Source: Macrostomum lignano (lineage: Eukaryota). From it: a DNA stretch of 64,000 nucleotides. How positions within the stretch are numbered: the first letter of the stretch is position 1; every line of letters starts with the position of its first letter. The DNA lies in the NCBI GenBank assembly GCA_002269645.1, contig NIVC01002196.1, forward strand, positions 62,001 through 126,000, written 5' to 3'. Below are positions 1 through 28,548 of this stretch, piece by piece. The notes under the pieces were generated by a model, which saw nothing but the letters and a program-made list of their open reading frames with translations, was not told where the DNA came from and did no database searches. A program made the position numbers and the translations under genes.

Positions 1-722
1 GGCAGCTGGGGTTGCGGGTGAGAGTGGGGATGGCTGTGGGGCAGCTGGGGTTGCGGGTGAGAGTGGGGATGGCTGTGGGGCAGATGGGGTTGCGGGTGAG
101 AGTGAGGGATGGCTATGGGGCAGATGGGGTTGCGAGTGAGAGTGGGGGATGGCTGTGGGGCAGCTGGGGTTGCGGGTGAGAGTGGGGATGGCTATGGGGC
201 AGATGGGGTTGCGAGTGAGAGTGGGGGATGGCTGTGGGGCAGCTGGGGTTGCGGGTGAGAGTGGGGATGGCTGTGGGGCAGATGGGGTTGCGGGTGAGAG
301 TGGGGATGGCTGTGGGGCAGATGGGGTTGCGGGTGAGAGTGGGGGATGTCTGTGGGGCAGCTGGGGTTGCGGGTGAGAGTGGGGATGGCTGTGGGGCAGA
401 TGGGGTTGCGGGTGAGAGTGGGGATGGCTGTGGGGCAGATGGGGTTGCGGGTGAGAGTGGGGATGGCTGTGGGGCAGATGGGGTTGCGGGTGAGAGTGGG
501 GATGGCTGTGGGGCAGATGGGGTTGCGGGTGAGAGTGGGGGATGTCTGTGGGGCAGATGGGGTTGCGGGTGAGAGTGGGGGATGGCTGTGGGGCAGATGG
601 GGTTGCGGGTGAGAGTGGGGATGGCTGTGGGGCAGCTGCAGCTGGGGTTGCGGGTGAGAGTGGGGATGGCTGTGGGGCAGATGGGGTTTCGGGTGAGAGT
701 GGGGGATGGCTGTGGGGCAGTT
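1..722. repeat. G-rich minisatellite, 39-40 bp unit (GGGGATGGCTGTGGGGCAGATGGGGTTGCGGGTGAGAGT)
   Basis: Directly visible tandem copies, running off the window start; explains the ORFs at 149-881. Confidence 0.97.
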
Positions 723-1169
723 GGGGCTGCTGTCTGGATTTTTGATGAAACTGAACAATTAGAGTTGTTGCACTATGGGTCAACAGAAGTTCCTGACCTC
801 GCACATTCGTATCTCATTGCTCTGTCCTTTTTATTTGCGTTAGAATTCATACAATTAATCATGTTGAATTTACCTGGCTAGGAAAAGGTACCCTGTCAAT
901 AGTGTTATTCTGAAAAACTTTGCGAGCATGGAGGAGCTTAAATCCCACAGGAGGAGCAGCTGTTGCAGAGACGTTTTTGCAACAGAGACACCGGATAGGC
1001 AAGGTGCCAGCCGAACACGAGAGGAGAAGCAGTGCTCGGCAGTGAGACGGAGTGGGCAGTGGGACCTTTTTCAGGGCACATAATCCGTCGTTGCCATGGC
1101 GACACCAGCCCATCCTCTCTCCCCTAAATCCCAAACTCGAGATTATCCGCTTCCGCAGTCGCCGCAGTA

Positions 1170-1176
<7 letters not shown>

Positions 1177-1212
<36 letters not shown>
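1177..1212. repeat. (GA)n microsatellite
   Basis: Direct. Similar GA/CT tracts at about 19654-19691, 22054-22095 and 24605-24657. Confidence 0.95.
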
Positions 1213-1216
<4 letters not shown>

Positions 1217-1436
1217 TCACACCTGGTCGATTCCGCCTTTATCCATCCACCCCGATCCAAGCTGTGTGCATCTTGGCGAGAGCGTAATTAGAAAATATGA
1301 GGAGACTACAAAGGTTGCGGGAAATTAGCTCTGGGATCAGGGGGCAGCCAATAAGGACAGCCTAACTAATCTACAAATTAACTTTTTTCTTCAAGCGGCA
1401 TATAGACTAAATGATGTCAGACGAGGGCGTCTCACG

Positions 1437-1700
1437 AGCTCGAAAGTTCACAAGCTCGAAAGTTCACAGGCTCAAAAGTTCACAAGCTCGAAAGTTCACA
1501 GGCTCAAAAGTTCACAAGCTCGAAAGTTCACAAGCTCGAAGGTTCACAGGCTCAAAAGTTCACAGGCTCGAAAGTTCACAGGCTCGAAAGTTCACAAGTT
1601 CGAAAGTTCACAAGCTCGAAGGTTCACAGGCTCGAAAGTTCACAGATTCGAAAGTTCACAAGCTCGAAAGTTCACAGGTTCGAAAGTTCACAAGCTTGAA
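1437..1700. repeat. 16-bp minisatellite (GCTCGAAAGTTCACAA)
   Basis: Direct tandem copies; explains the SSKVH/ARKFT ORF. Confidence 0.95.
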
Positions 1701-2164
1701 AGCGAAATTTCGGGCTTATAAAAGCGAAACTCCCAGATAGCCTTTTATGGGTGAGCGCAGTTTTGCTTTGGTCTGCAAACATTCGCCAGAACTTACTCTA
1801 TCCAACATGCTGCTATGCTCACTGAAGCAGAGATGTCCCACAGATTCGATTAGAGTTCCGCTGTCGCCGCTGCTGCTGCTGCCGAAGACTGCTCAATGCT
1901 CAACAAGGATTCCGAATTTTAGCGACCGAACTTATCTAGAGAGTGACTGTGAGAGCTCCGGCGTTGATTGGACCTTTGTCTCGGCGAATCCTGGGCTGCT
2001 CAAAGGATAGAGAGAAGTGCGCTGAGCAGGACGACGGCTAAGCAACTAGGGAGGGGAAATGCCCGACAGTATGGGGTGGAGCTTGACTCTGCAAAATGGG
2101 GGTGCGAATTGGGAACAGGCAAGGTCAGACATGGGGAGGGAAGAGATAGGGTATGGGATGAAGG

Positions 2165-3225
2165 GGAGATTTGGGACCAGGGGTGATAGTGGGATATTTG
2201 GGATAAGGGATAATGGGAGATTTGGGACCAGGGGTAGTGGGATATTTGGGATAAGGGATAGGGGGAGATTTGGGATCAGGGATAGGGGGAGATTTGGGAT
2301 CAGGGATAGGGGGAGATTTGGGATCAGGGATAGGGGGAGATTTGGGATCAGGGATAGGGGAGATTTGGGATCAGGGATAGGGGGAGATTTGGGATCAGGG
2401 ATAGGGGGAGATTTGGGATCAGGGATAATGGGAGATTTGGGATCACGGATAGGGGGAGATTTGGGATCAGGGATAGGGGGAGATTTGAGATCAGGGATAG
2501 GGGGAGATTTGGGATCAGGGATAGGGGGGAGATTTGGGATCAGGGATAGGGGGGAGATTTGGGATCAGGGATAATGGGAGATTTGGGATCAGGGATAGGG
2601 GGGAGATTTGGGATCAGGGATAGGGGGAGATTTGGGATCAGGGATAGGGGAAGATTTGGGATCAGGGATAGGGGGAGATTTGGGATCAGGGATAATGGGA
2701 GATTTGGGACCAGGGGTAGTGGGATATTTGGGATCAGGGATAGGGGGAGATTTGGGATCAGGGATAGGGGAAGATTTGGGATCAGGGAAAGGGGGAGATT
2801 TGGGATCAGGGATAGGGGGGAGATTTGGGATCAGGGATAGGGGAAGATTTGGGATCAGGGATAGGGGGAGATTTGGGATCAGGGATAGGGGGAGATTTGG
2901 GATCAGGGATAGGGGGGAGATTTGGGATCAGGGATAATGGGAGATTTGGGATCAGGGATAATGGGAGATTTGGGATCAGGGATAATGGGAGATTTGGGAT
3001 CAGGGATAGGGGGAGATTTGGGATCAGGGATAGGGGGAGATTTGGGATCAGGGATAATGGGAGATTTGGGATCAGGGATAGGGGGAGATTTGGGATCAGG
3101 GATAGGGGGGAGATTTGGGATCAGGGATAGGGGGAGATTTGGGATCAGGGAAAAATGGATATTTAGGATCAGGGATAGGGAAGATTTGGGATCAGATATA
3201 GTGGGAGATTTGGGATCAAGGATAG
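2165..3225. repeat. G-rich 24-bp minisatellite (GGAGATTTGGGATCAGGGATAGGG)
   Basis: Direct tandem copies; explains the GIGGDLGS and RFGIRDRG ORFs. Confidence 0.96.
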
Positions 3226-3553
3226 TGGAAGGTTTGGTTCATGATTAATATGGAGATTTTTCGGTATTCTCGAGCTTGCCGACTGGGCAAAGCCACGCAA
3301 ATGCCAGCTGCATTTCCAGCACGTTTCCAACTCTGCTGTCAGATCTGCACGCACGCGAAAGTGGCAAATCAATTAGGAGACATCAATTTATTTCAACTTG
3401 CTGCAGACTCTGGCAAGTGTTGGTTCCCCATCTCGGATCTCTGCAGCTTCCACCTGACTAATTTGCATATGCAAATTTATTTCAATTTGCCCACAGCAAC
3501 GGAAAATATCATTTTTTCAGCAGAATTGAGCGGCATAAAAGTCCTGAAAAAGG

Positions 3554-3745
3554 TATTGATAATGTACATTGCAGCAGGGGGCCAGCGGTTTAACAGTCCT
3601 ATTGATAATGTACATTGCAGCACGGGGCCAGCGGTTTAACAGTCCTATTGATAATGTACATTGCAGCACGGGGCCAGCGGTTTAACAGTCCTATTGATAA
3701 TGTACATTGCAGCACGGAGCCAGCGGTTTAACAGTCCTATTGATA
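3554..3745. repeat. 46-bp tandem repeat, about 4 copies (TATTGATAATGTACATTGCAGCACGGGGCCAGCGGTTTAACAGTCC)
   Basis: Direct. Near-identical copies with no variable spacers, so not a CRISPR array. Confidence 0.93.
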
Positions 3746-4297
3746 CTCGTAATTCATTGCCTGGAAGTTGCCACGTCAAACTATTTAGAATGGAAAATAC
3801 GCACGTTTTTTGTTATTTTGCACTCAATTTCACATGCGTGTAAAAAAGTTTGACATTAAACTCGACTGAATGGCATTCAAATCGGCGCCAGTTCACAGCA
3901 GAAAAATTTTATTATAACAAATTTGCCTTTTATGTTTCAACAAACTGGTGTTTTTAAGTTTTTGTTACTTCCCAAACGCAAAAAATGAAACGCCAGTGAC
4001 TCATATTTTGAGAAGAAAAATCGATAAACCTCTGTAGGGTTAAAATCCGGTGATTATTGATAAAAATTGTGCTTTCTACCAGAAAAACTGAACAAAAATA
4101 GCCCGCACTACTGACAGTAGAAATGTTCGATAAACTTTCCCCTATGTATGCAATATTAAAAATTGACGTCGAGTGCATTTTTCATGGAATTTAAGACTTC
4201 TTCAAGGAATGGAACAATATGATTATGAATATGACTCATCAATTCAAAAAGTCTCGGTTTGCGCAAGTTGTGCAACTGAACATTGGAAGCTTGCTGA

Positions 4298-19141
<14,844 letters not shown>

Positions 19142-19650
19142 GCTTCGGGGGATAAAGGGGAAAATGAGACCGAATCTCGCAAATTCTTCCCTTTCTGCTG
19201 CTGAAGCAGAATTCTGGAGTTCTAGAAGACTTCGTTGACCCTTTTATACTGGATGATATCGGAGGCAATTCATCGCGCTGATCTTCTCCTTACCCCTCGA
19301 CGGCCCCTTCAATCTCTCCCTCTTCTTGCCCTCTCAGGAGCCACATCCTCATGGATCCCTGTGAGGAATGAATGGGCCGGGCCGGGGATGGGAATGAGGC
19401 ATAGGGGGACGCTGGGTGACTGGCTGCGGGCCTTAGCCACCAATTGACGAAGCAGAGTGAGAGGGAGAATGCAAGACCGTGTGCGCACGGATGAAAATCG
19501 AGGTTGCAAGCGATGGGGGATTGGGAAGGAGAAGACGGGAAAGCTGCCCTACCTATTCAGTCCTCAGAGAAAGATAGACCCGGGGTGGGACCATCATTGA
19601 GGTTTAGAAAGGGGGGAATAACACTAACAAGGAGTCCCGAGGCCCTCTCC

Positions 19651-19695
<45 letters not shown>

Positions 19696-20584
19696 CCTGC
19701 GCTGCACCTTCGATTTGCCCCACTTTGCCCGGCGGGATTTGGCCCCCAGTGCGCATTCCAATTGCGTGGGTGTGAGTCATTACAGTGGCTGCGCAGTCCA
19801 CGCCCCACCACCCCAAGGCATCTATACCCAGTCACCCGGATCGGCTTCCCAAATCCAAATCTCTCACGCCTTTTCTCGCGCAGTGATGAGCCTCTTGGGA
19901 ACGGGGAGTGGGATCGAGATTCAACTAAAGGAGTCGCTGAACTTGGCAATAGAAGGCTAATTTACCGCTAAAAAAATAAACCGCTGAGCTAGCTTGATTT
20001 GTCAGGACGATCAACTAATTAACCTGCGAGATACTTTCAATAAAACGCTTGCTCAGAGTCTTAAAGGGATCAAGCTCTTGAGCTTGTGTAGCAATGAAGC
20101 TGGGTGCTAACTTGATTTTCAAAATCTTGCGTAGCCATATTACTCAGGGACTTAGGGTTGATTTCCAACAATTCTTGATATTGGTCTGACCGACTGACTG
20201 CATGGCCGGCTAAAATCAATACTTACGGAGAGCTGAACGTTCAAATAAATTTGACTGATGATGGAAAATTGACTGGAAACTAATTTAACTAATGGGGACT
20301 AACTGAAATGATGTCGCATTCCAAAGCGGGATTTCACCAGACTAGATTTGCTTGCAGACTTTGCTGCCCGAGTAGGCAAAAATTTATTATTTCTACCTTA
20401 GATTGCTTCAGCTGGCGAATCTTCCCCATTTTTGACGTTTGCCAATGAAGACCTCTGGACGGCACGTGATCTCACCGACATCATCGGTTAGTTGGACGCA
20501 TCGATCGTGCTCAGCGTTTTTAGAAGTGTTACGAGCTAACCAAGCTCAACATGGTTAGACACACTAAAATGTCTACGTAGCATC

Positions 20585-21515
20585 GATCGAGCTCAAGATG
20601 ACCAGACGTACTGATCGAGCTTAAGGTGACCAGATAATCCGATCGAGCTCAAGATGACCAGACGTACTGATCGAGCTCAAGATGACTAGACATACTGATA
20701 TCGAGCTCAAGATGACTAGACATACTGATATCGAGCTCAAGATGACTAGACATACTGATATCGAGCTCAATATGACTAGACATACTGATATCGAGCTCAA
20801 TATGACTAGACATACTGATATCGAGCTCAAGATGACTAGACATACTGATATCGAGCTCAAGATGACTAGACATACTGATATCGAGCTCAATATGACTAGA
20901 CATACTGATATCGAGCTCAAGATGACTAGACATACTGATATCGAGCTCAAGATGACTAGACATACTGATATCGAGCTCAAGATGACTAGACATACTGATA
21001 TCGAGCTCAATATGACTAGACATACTGATATCGAGCTCAAGATGACTAGAAGCACTGATATCGAGCTCAAGATGACTAGACATACTGATATCGAGCTCAA
21101 GATGACTAGACATACTGATATCGAGCTCAATATGACTAGACATACTGATATCGAGCTCAAGATGACTAGACATACTGATATCGAGCTCAAGATGACTAGA
21201 CATACTGATATCGAGCTCAAGATGACTAGACATACTGATATCGAGCTCAATATGACTAGACATACTGATATCGAGCTCAAGATGACTAGAAGCACTGATA
21301 TCGAGCTCAAGATGACTAGACATACTGATATCGAGCTCAAGATGACTAGACATACTGATATCGAGCTCAATATGACTACACGCATTGATATCGAACTCAA
21401 GATGACTAGACGCACTGATATCGAACTCAAGATGACTAGACGCACTGATATCGAACTCAAGATGACCAGACGTACTGATATCGAGCTCAAGATGACCAGA
21501 CGCACTGATCGAGCT
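20585..21515. repeat. 30-bp minisatellite (GATATCGAGCTCAAGATGACTAGACATACT)
   Basis: Direct; explains the MTRHTDIELK and SSHLELDISM ORFs. Confidence 0.97.
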
Positions 21516-22049
21516 CATGATAAGATGCACGGAAATGATTCGACTGTCCAGGCACACTCAGGTGTACTACTAAGGCCCGCATTTGTAAGGCAGGCCAATT
21601 CTAATGCAATCCCAAGCCTTTTAACAATATCCTGGTTGAGCAGGAAGCCGCGCTCACTTTCTTTTTGAGGGGCACTTAAAAATCTGCTTGAAAATTACAG
21701 ACCAGCTCTTCTCTCTAGTCTCTTCCGCCTCGGTCTAATTGTCTTCTTCTGGCGCTTTGGTCCCGACCCTTTTCCTCCGTACACTTCAGCAGATTGGTGA
21801 AATCCACCGAACGAGAGCAGAGTAGGCCGGAGTAAGAGGATCCTCTCTGTTGTCCGGCCCCCTCAATCAATTGGGGCTGCAGCGATTGCCTTTCTATTTG
21901 AGAGCAATTTCTCATAGATGCAACTCGCAGAAGCCTTACTAGGCGGCACAAACGAACCGCACATTGAAGTGGAAGAGAAGCAGAGACTCGCGATCTCATT
22001 TTCCCTGACCGGCTCTCTCATCAATCGCATCCGGGATGGCGAATTCGCA

Positions 22050-22105
<56 letters not shown>

Positions 22106-22526
22106 AGAGAGTGACAGTCGGCCTCCTGGAAGCAGGTAAAACCTGAAGCCATGCACGACAACTCGGGATGGCCAGCTGCCCGAGTAGAGGCTGGGTTACC
22201 CCAGACTGGACTACTGAATCCCCCGCAGGTGGAGTGTCTGTTCAGATGGTTTGAGGTCTGTTGCATTGCACTAGTTCGATAATACCAAGTCTTATACCCT
22301 TGTGATCAATAAATTATTGAGAAAAAAGATACTAGGAGGGTTTATTAATCTTGCAAGTTGGATTAATGAATCTCTTAATTATTGATAATCAATAGATTTA
22401 TTGCAGAACCCAATTTAATGAAAAATTCCTAAAAGAAAATAGAAGTATTAAAAAATAGCTGAAACGTAAGATGAGCAAGTGTTGCTTTTTAGAGACCTCT
22501 GGCACACCCTAACAATTTCCTAATTT

Positions 22527-24601
22527 CCAAATATGGCAAGTTTGAAGGTGTTGATGCAGGAAAGGTTTGGTGCACTCTACATTGAGACAGTTGCCGGACT
22601 GACTGAGCTCTTGCACATGGCAGCCGATCGCGGAGCCCTCCTCACCCATCAGGTGCGATTGGATGAACTGGAGTGGATTGGGCAGAAGTGCTGGCTCTAG
22701 ATTAATCACCTGGCCCACTGAGTAGCCGCTGATTTGCGACTGTGCCGTTCTCCCTGCTCGCAACTGACGCATAGATGTCGAAGCTGGTCGATCAGGAAAT
22801 CTGTATGCCAATTCAACAGGAATAAATTGTCCAACACTATATTTAGAGTGAAAAACTAGACTTTATACTACTGGCTAAGTAGCTGAGAAATGCTCCTGTC
22901 ATGACTACAGGTGACTCGCCTTACTCATTTAAAGTGACGTTGGTATTTAATTTAACCAAATGCATTTCCAATATTTATCATATAACGTCACAAAATTTAA
23001 CTATTTTTCAATTCTCAAGGTCAGTTTACTGGAAATGTTTCAACGATGCTACTGGCGTTAAAACTTTCAGTAGTAAGATATGTTCATAAGTTCATTATTA
23101 GTTCAAAAATTCAATAATTTTTTATTCAAACAAAAAAGACAAAAAATTAACAAGAATTTACTAAGTATTAAGGCATGGCAGCCAGACGAACAACTTTAAG
23201 TTGCGTGGGCAGGATGTCAAATCGTGCTTTGCGCTTAGCCAAAATTATCATATATGCAACAATTAGATTCCGGCGATAAAGCCATTGGCAGATCCACTCC
23301 GCACAGCTGAGGGCTTATCAATCTTTTTTCTATCAATTCTGTGCGCTCGCTTTTGGCATAAAGCTGTGCCTAATATGGCTTTGACTGCGACAATTAACTA
23401 AGCTTTCTGTTGGCTTGTTTGGTGTATAACTTGGCTGAATGAAGTTGGTGGACTTGTAAATTGTTATAAAAGTTGGTCAATGTAATTTGTATTTAGCTAA
23501 ATCTCAAGGTATTGGCACTGCCTATTATTTTGGATTCTTTGCAGCTACGGTACTACGGTACAAATTATTTCAATTAGGCACCAACTGATTTCATACTGCC
23601 AATACCCAGCAGTATGGCGCCTTTGACATGACACCCATTTGATGTCCCTGACATCCCATTTGGTGACATTACATCCCATATGGTGTCCCTGACATACCCA
23701 TCTGGTGTCCCTGACATCCTATTTAGTGTCCCTGACATCCCATCTGGTATCCCTAACATCCCATTTGATGTCCCTAACATCCCATTTGATGTCCCTGACA
23801 TCCCATTTGATGTCCCTGACATCCCATTTTGGTGTTCCTCACATCCCATTTTGGTGCCCTCATATCCCATTTTGGTGTTCCTCACATCCCATTTTGGTGC
23901 CCTCATATCCCATTTTGGTGTTTCTCACATCCCATTTGGTGTCCCTAAGATCCCATTTGGGACCTTAGGGACACCAAAGGGATGTCAGGGCTCCCATTTG
24001 AGCCCTGACATCCCATTTGGTGCCCTGACATCCCATTTGGTGTCCCTGACATCCCATTTGGTGCCATGACATCTTATCTAGTGTCCCTGACATTCCGTCT
24101 GGTATCCCTGACATCCTATTTGGTGCCATGACATCCTATTTGGTGCCATGACATCTTATCTAGTGTCCCTGACATTCCATCTGGTGTCCCTGACATCCCA
24201 TCTAGTGTCCCTGACATCCCATTAGGTGCCCTGACATCCCATCTGGTGTCCCTGACATCCCACTTGGTGCCCTGGCATCTATTTGGTGCCCCTGACATCC
24301 CATTTGGTGTCCTGAGATCCCATTTAGAGTCCTGAAATCCCATTTGGTGCCATGACATGACTGGGTGTCCTAAGATCCCTTTTGGTGTCCTGTGATCCAA
24401 TATGATGTCCCTGACATCCCATTTCGGTGTCCCTGACACCCGGCTTAGCGCCAGCCAGCCGGTGCAAGAAGACAGCAAGACAGCATTATTGACATTAATT
24501 CGATGAATAGATAAATTACAAAACCAGCATTTTCACCACCAATCCACTTTATTAACTAGCTTGCCCAGTTGCATGAAAACCATCGCTGGGAACGCATGCA
24601 G

Positions 24602-24658
<57 letters not shown>

Positions 24659-25193
24659 GGTTGAAAGGAATAGCGGGAAAATTGGGAGCAGGGAGCAGGA
24701 GAAGCAGAGTTGCAGAGGACAGGACAGCTTACACAGGCTGGTACAGGCCAGATCAATCTCATTCTGCACTCGTATCAAGCCTGTACTAGCTTTCCAGCCG
24801 GCATATCAGAAGACACCCAAGCGCCAGCACAGTGCAAGCAAAATGACAGAGAGAAAGAGAGAGAGAGCGAGAGAGAGAGGAGTGAAGAGCAAGATAGAAT
24901 ACCAGAAGACAGAAAGTACACTCCGGGGAGAGAGCCAATACTTAGTGCACTCGCTCGGCTGACTGTACAAACGTACAGCTCTTTGAAACCCTCAATAATT
25001 TCGTCCCCCGGCTTCGTAACCCGCAGAGCTGCCTCAGTTGTTTGACGTAAGCCTCTGGCTATTTTTGGTCAGCCACTCCTCTCTCCTGCCTGTCTTCACA
25101 CTGTTTCCCTGCCTTGCCTTTCTGTCACTCGGCCAGTTCTATCCAACATTGGTGGCGCTCTTACTGGCTGGCAAGCAAAACCTCCTAATATGG
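22527..25193. promoter_or_regulatory. Three CArG boxes (22527 CCAAATATGG; 23369 and 25184 CCTAATATGG) plus CRE-like TGACGTAA (25043) upstream of egr
   Basis: Exact CC(A/T)6GG matches read from the sequence. Function is inferred from the known SRF/CREB control of Egr genes. Confidence 0.6.
23635..24440. repeat. Degenerate minisatellite, about 21-bp unit (TGTCCCTGACATCCCATTTGG)
   Basis: Direct, with divergent copies. Confidence 0.9.
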
Positions 25194-25514
25194 AATTCAG
25201 ATATTCATTCATAAAACCTTAAAGACACGCACAAGCCGTGGCCTTTCTGCCTGTTATAACTAAACCCGCGGTTTCAACTGAGACGTTGAAAAAAAGCGCG
25301 AGAAAATAGGCTACCTGGCTGCATCCTTCTTCGCCACTGTCAATATTAAAGGTTACCGGCACAATTGTCCTCATATTCCACGGCTATTCAAGTCTGCCGT
25401 CTCTCCTCCCCTTCCGCTGTCAGGATCTGAGAGCTACAGCCGATACAAAAGCACAGTTTAACCACAACAGGAACCAAGCTGGCAACCTGGTTAGCAGCGC
25501 TCACGCCTTTGGCG

Positions 25515-26010
25515 ATGATGGAGAACATCCAGTCCTGCGCATTCAGCTTCAGCCATGAACATTTGGAACGCCTGACTCAACAGTCGCTTGACGAAAGCGC
25601 TCGCGTCTTCGACACCTTCCACAGCGGCGACACGCCGAAAACCTGCGGCCTGACGCCAGCCACAACTCAGCACTTTTTCGCCGCAGATGATGAGTTGAAG
25701 ACTCCGGTCGCGCTGCATACGCCGGGCGGGCCGCACCAGGCCGCTAGGCTCGGCGGCGGCGCTCCTGGCGCCTTTTTTACCACTTCTAAGCTCGAGGATG
25801 AACCGACTTATTGTTTCCTGCTTTCACCGCGGCTGCAGCAGCAGACTATTCAACAACAGCAGCAGCAGCAACAACAGCAGCAGCAACAGCAACAGCAACA
25901 GCAGCACCAAGAGCCAATGCTGCAAGAGAAAGCTGAACCGATGGACGAAGCGGACTGTTTGGCATCAAAAGTTGTCGCAGAGCTAACCGAAGTTAAAGAG
26001 GAGCTGCACA
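25515..26010 (+). CDS. EGR: EGR/Krox transcription factor, exon 1 (acidic, polyQ N-terminus)
   Basis: ATG at 25515, CAG/CAA tract, donor CAC A|gtgaga (phase 1) matching acceptor tttttag|TG at 26990. Confidence 0.8.
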
Positions 26011-26982
26011 GTGAGATACTTAACAATTATTGATATTCCAGGCATAGTTTTTTAAATATGCATTTTCATCTGCTTTAGCATTTCCTGCATGGGTCGGTCC
26101 TATACCTATACTGAGCCTATACTGAGGTAAACAGCTGACAGCCGCTAACCCACCCCATAGCGGCTTAACCTGTACCGAACTGTGTTGCAGCCTAGCTCTT
26201 AGATTCCAGTCGGAGCGCAGCCGTTGCTAGCTTGACATTTTAGCAATCGAGCTATTAAAAAGTGGAGAGAACGGCTGGCACAGTATAAGATAGCTGGATG
26301 AGAGCTGCTCGATCCCATTCTGTGTCAATAGAAGACAGTGCCAGGGACAGAAAGACAGACCAGTGGATTTAAAAGCTTCGTCTGCGAGAGCCGAAGCACG
26401 CGCGGAATCAATTTCCTGAAACTGCTACACTGCATGGGCTTGGCCTGGTCTAAAAAAGTTGTATTTTTTAGCTAGAGAACAGCACAGGCAACTGCAGTTC
26501 AGAAGAACGATAGGGGAATGCAAACGATTCGGTGGTGGGGGGAGAGGTAATTTGCGCTGACGATTTCCTGTATAATTATGAGCTATCCGTCTGCAATGAC
26601 TGAATTTGGGGTTCTATTTGAATTTGTAATGATATGCAATAGTTATCTAGATAGAATGTGCTGCAAAAATGATTCTCTTTTTATCACACAAGCAGAGGGG
26701 CTGTTGAAACAAAAAAACTGCTTTTGTTATCTTCTGCCTAGCTTTGCTAACTAACACTGGGGCCTCTTGCTCTCCATCTCATTCCCGTTGCTGAGCAGAC
26801 AATATGCTCAGCTGTTTACAACCTCTTGCCTATTTATCAGTTTTTTTTCTCTTTCTCTCTTCGCATTCCAAATTTGGATGTACAAGGTTTCTCTCTTATG
26901 AAAAGTATGCGGGCATTAGAAAGGTATGCAAGGTAGGTTTCACATTGCAAACTAATATGGCTACTATTCGATGACCATATAA

Positions 26983-27603
<621 letters not shown>

Positions 27604-28548
27604 TTTTTAACTCAGTTCAAAACTCAAGCTGATATCCGTTGTTGACCATGTCTCTGTTTTAACCGTATCGTGCTGTATTCCTCCAAGTTTGCGAGCGCCA
27701 CTTTTTTACATGCTACCTTCTGCTCCTCATCTATGCGTTGGGTTCTGGACGTTTATCTGCGCGTATCATCCCGGCTATTGTTGGCCTGATATGAGCTATA
27801 TTCTCATACTTTTTGCGGTATTACGGTATGTCTTTTAGCTTTAGAACTGCTTATTATTGATTAAATAGTAAACAGGGATAAGCAGAAATCTTTGAGTAAC
27901 TGACATAATCGTAATTCATATGCACTGATTTATACATTATTATGCCAGGTAAAATTACACTCTGCTTGTGCAAACCAAATGCATGTATTATTTTATGTAA
28001 AACCTTTTTTCTGAATTGTCAAGGAAAAGAATATAATAAAAGTAAAATCGATATGAACATAAATTTCGACTTTGTTCAATACGAGCAACTTTGGCTATTC
28101 AATCGTAGAATTATTAAAAGCACGACGGTCTTGCAAACTGCAGTGATTCATTCAATAAAAAGGGACGAAGGTTGTAAGTGACGTCAGCAGCAATTAGAAT
28201 ATACCTTTGCTGCCCTTTGCACTATCCGGGAGCTGTGGGGTAGAAGTAAATCTGAAAGCTGGACACGGTTGTAGCTGGTATTATTGAAGGTGAATGAATG
28301 CATAAATTATGGACAGATATTCGCTAAGGTAGATATTAGCGGACACAGAATGCTACTGGAAACACAGAAAGTATCCATAATATAGCTAATATTCCATTCT
28401 TTTACTTAACCAACTACTAGAAGTAGGGTTTACTCTAAACTATAACGATTTTAAAGACCATTTTGTCTCCATCCGACAGAACGGGACAATTGCGGAAGTC
28501 AATCAGTTCAGGCGGCTGCATCCGCTTCAGCCTACACGAGCGTCGGGC

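Noticed and set aside
3554-3745. CRISPR-like appearance of the 46-bp repeats (also the 56-bp repeats at 48940-49460)
   Set aside because: Head-to-tail copies with no unique spacers, no cas genes, and a eukaryotic context.
20621-21668. About 300-aa decapeptide-repeat ORFs on both strands
   Set aside because: 30-bp minisatellite artefact.
22533-22700. 55-aa plus-strand ORF (MASLKVLMQERFG..)
   Set aside because: Short, no recognisable family, and no supporting splice structure.
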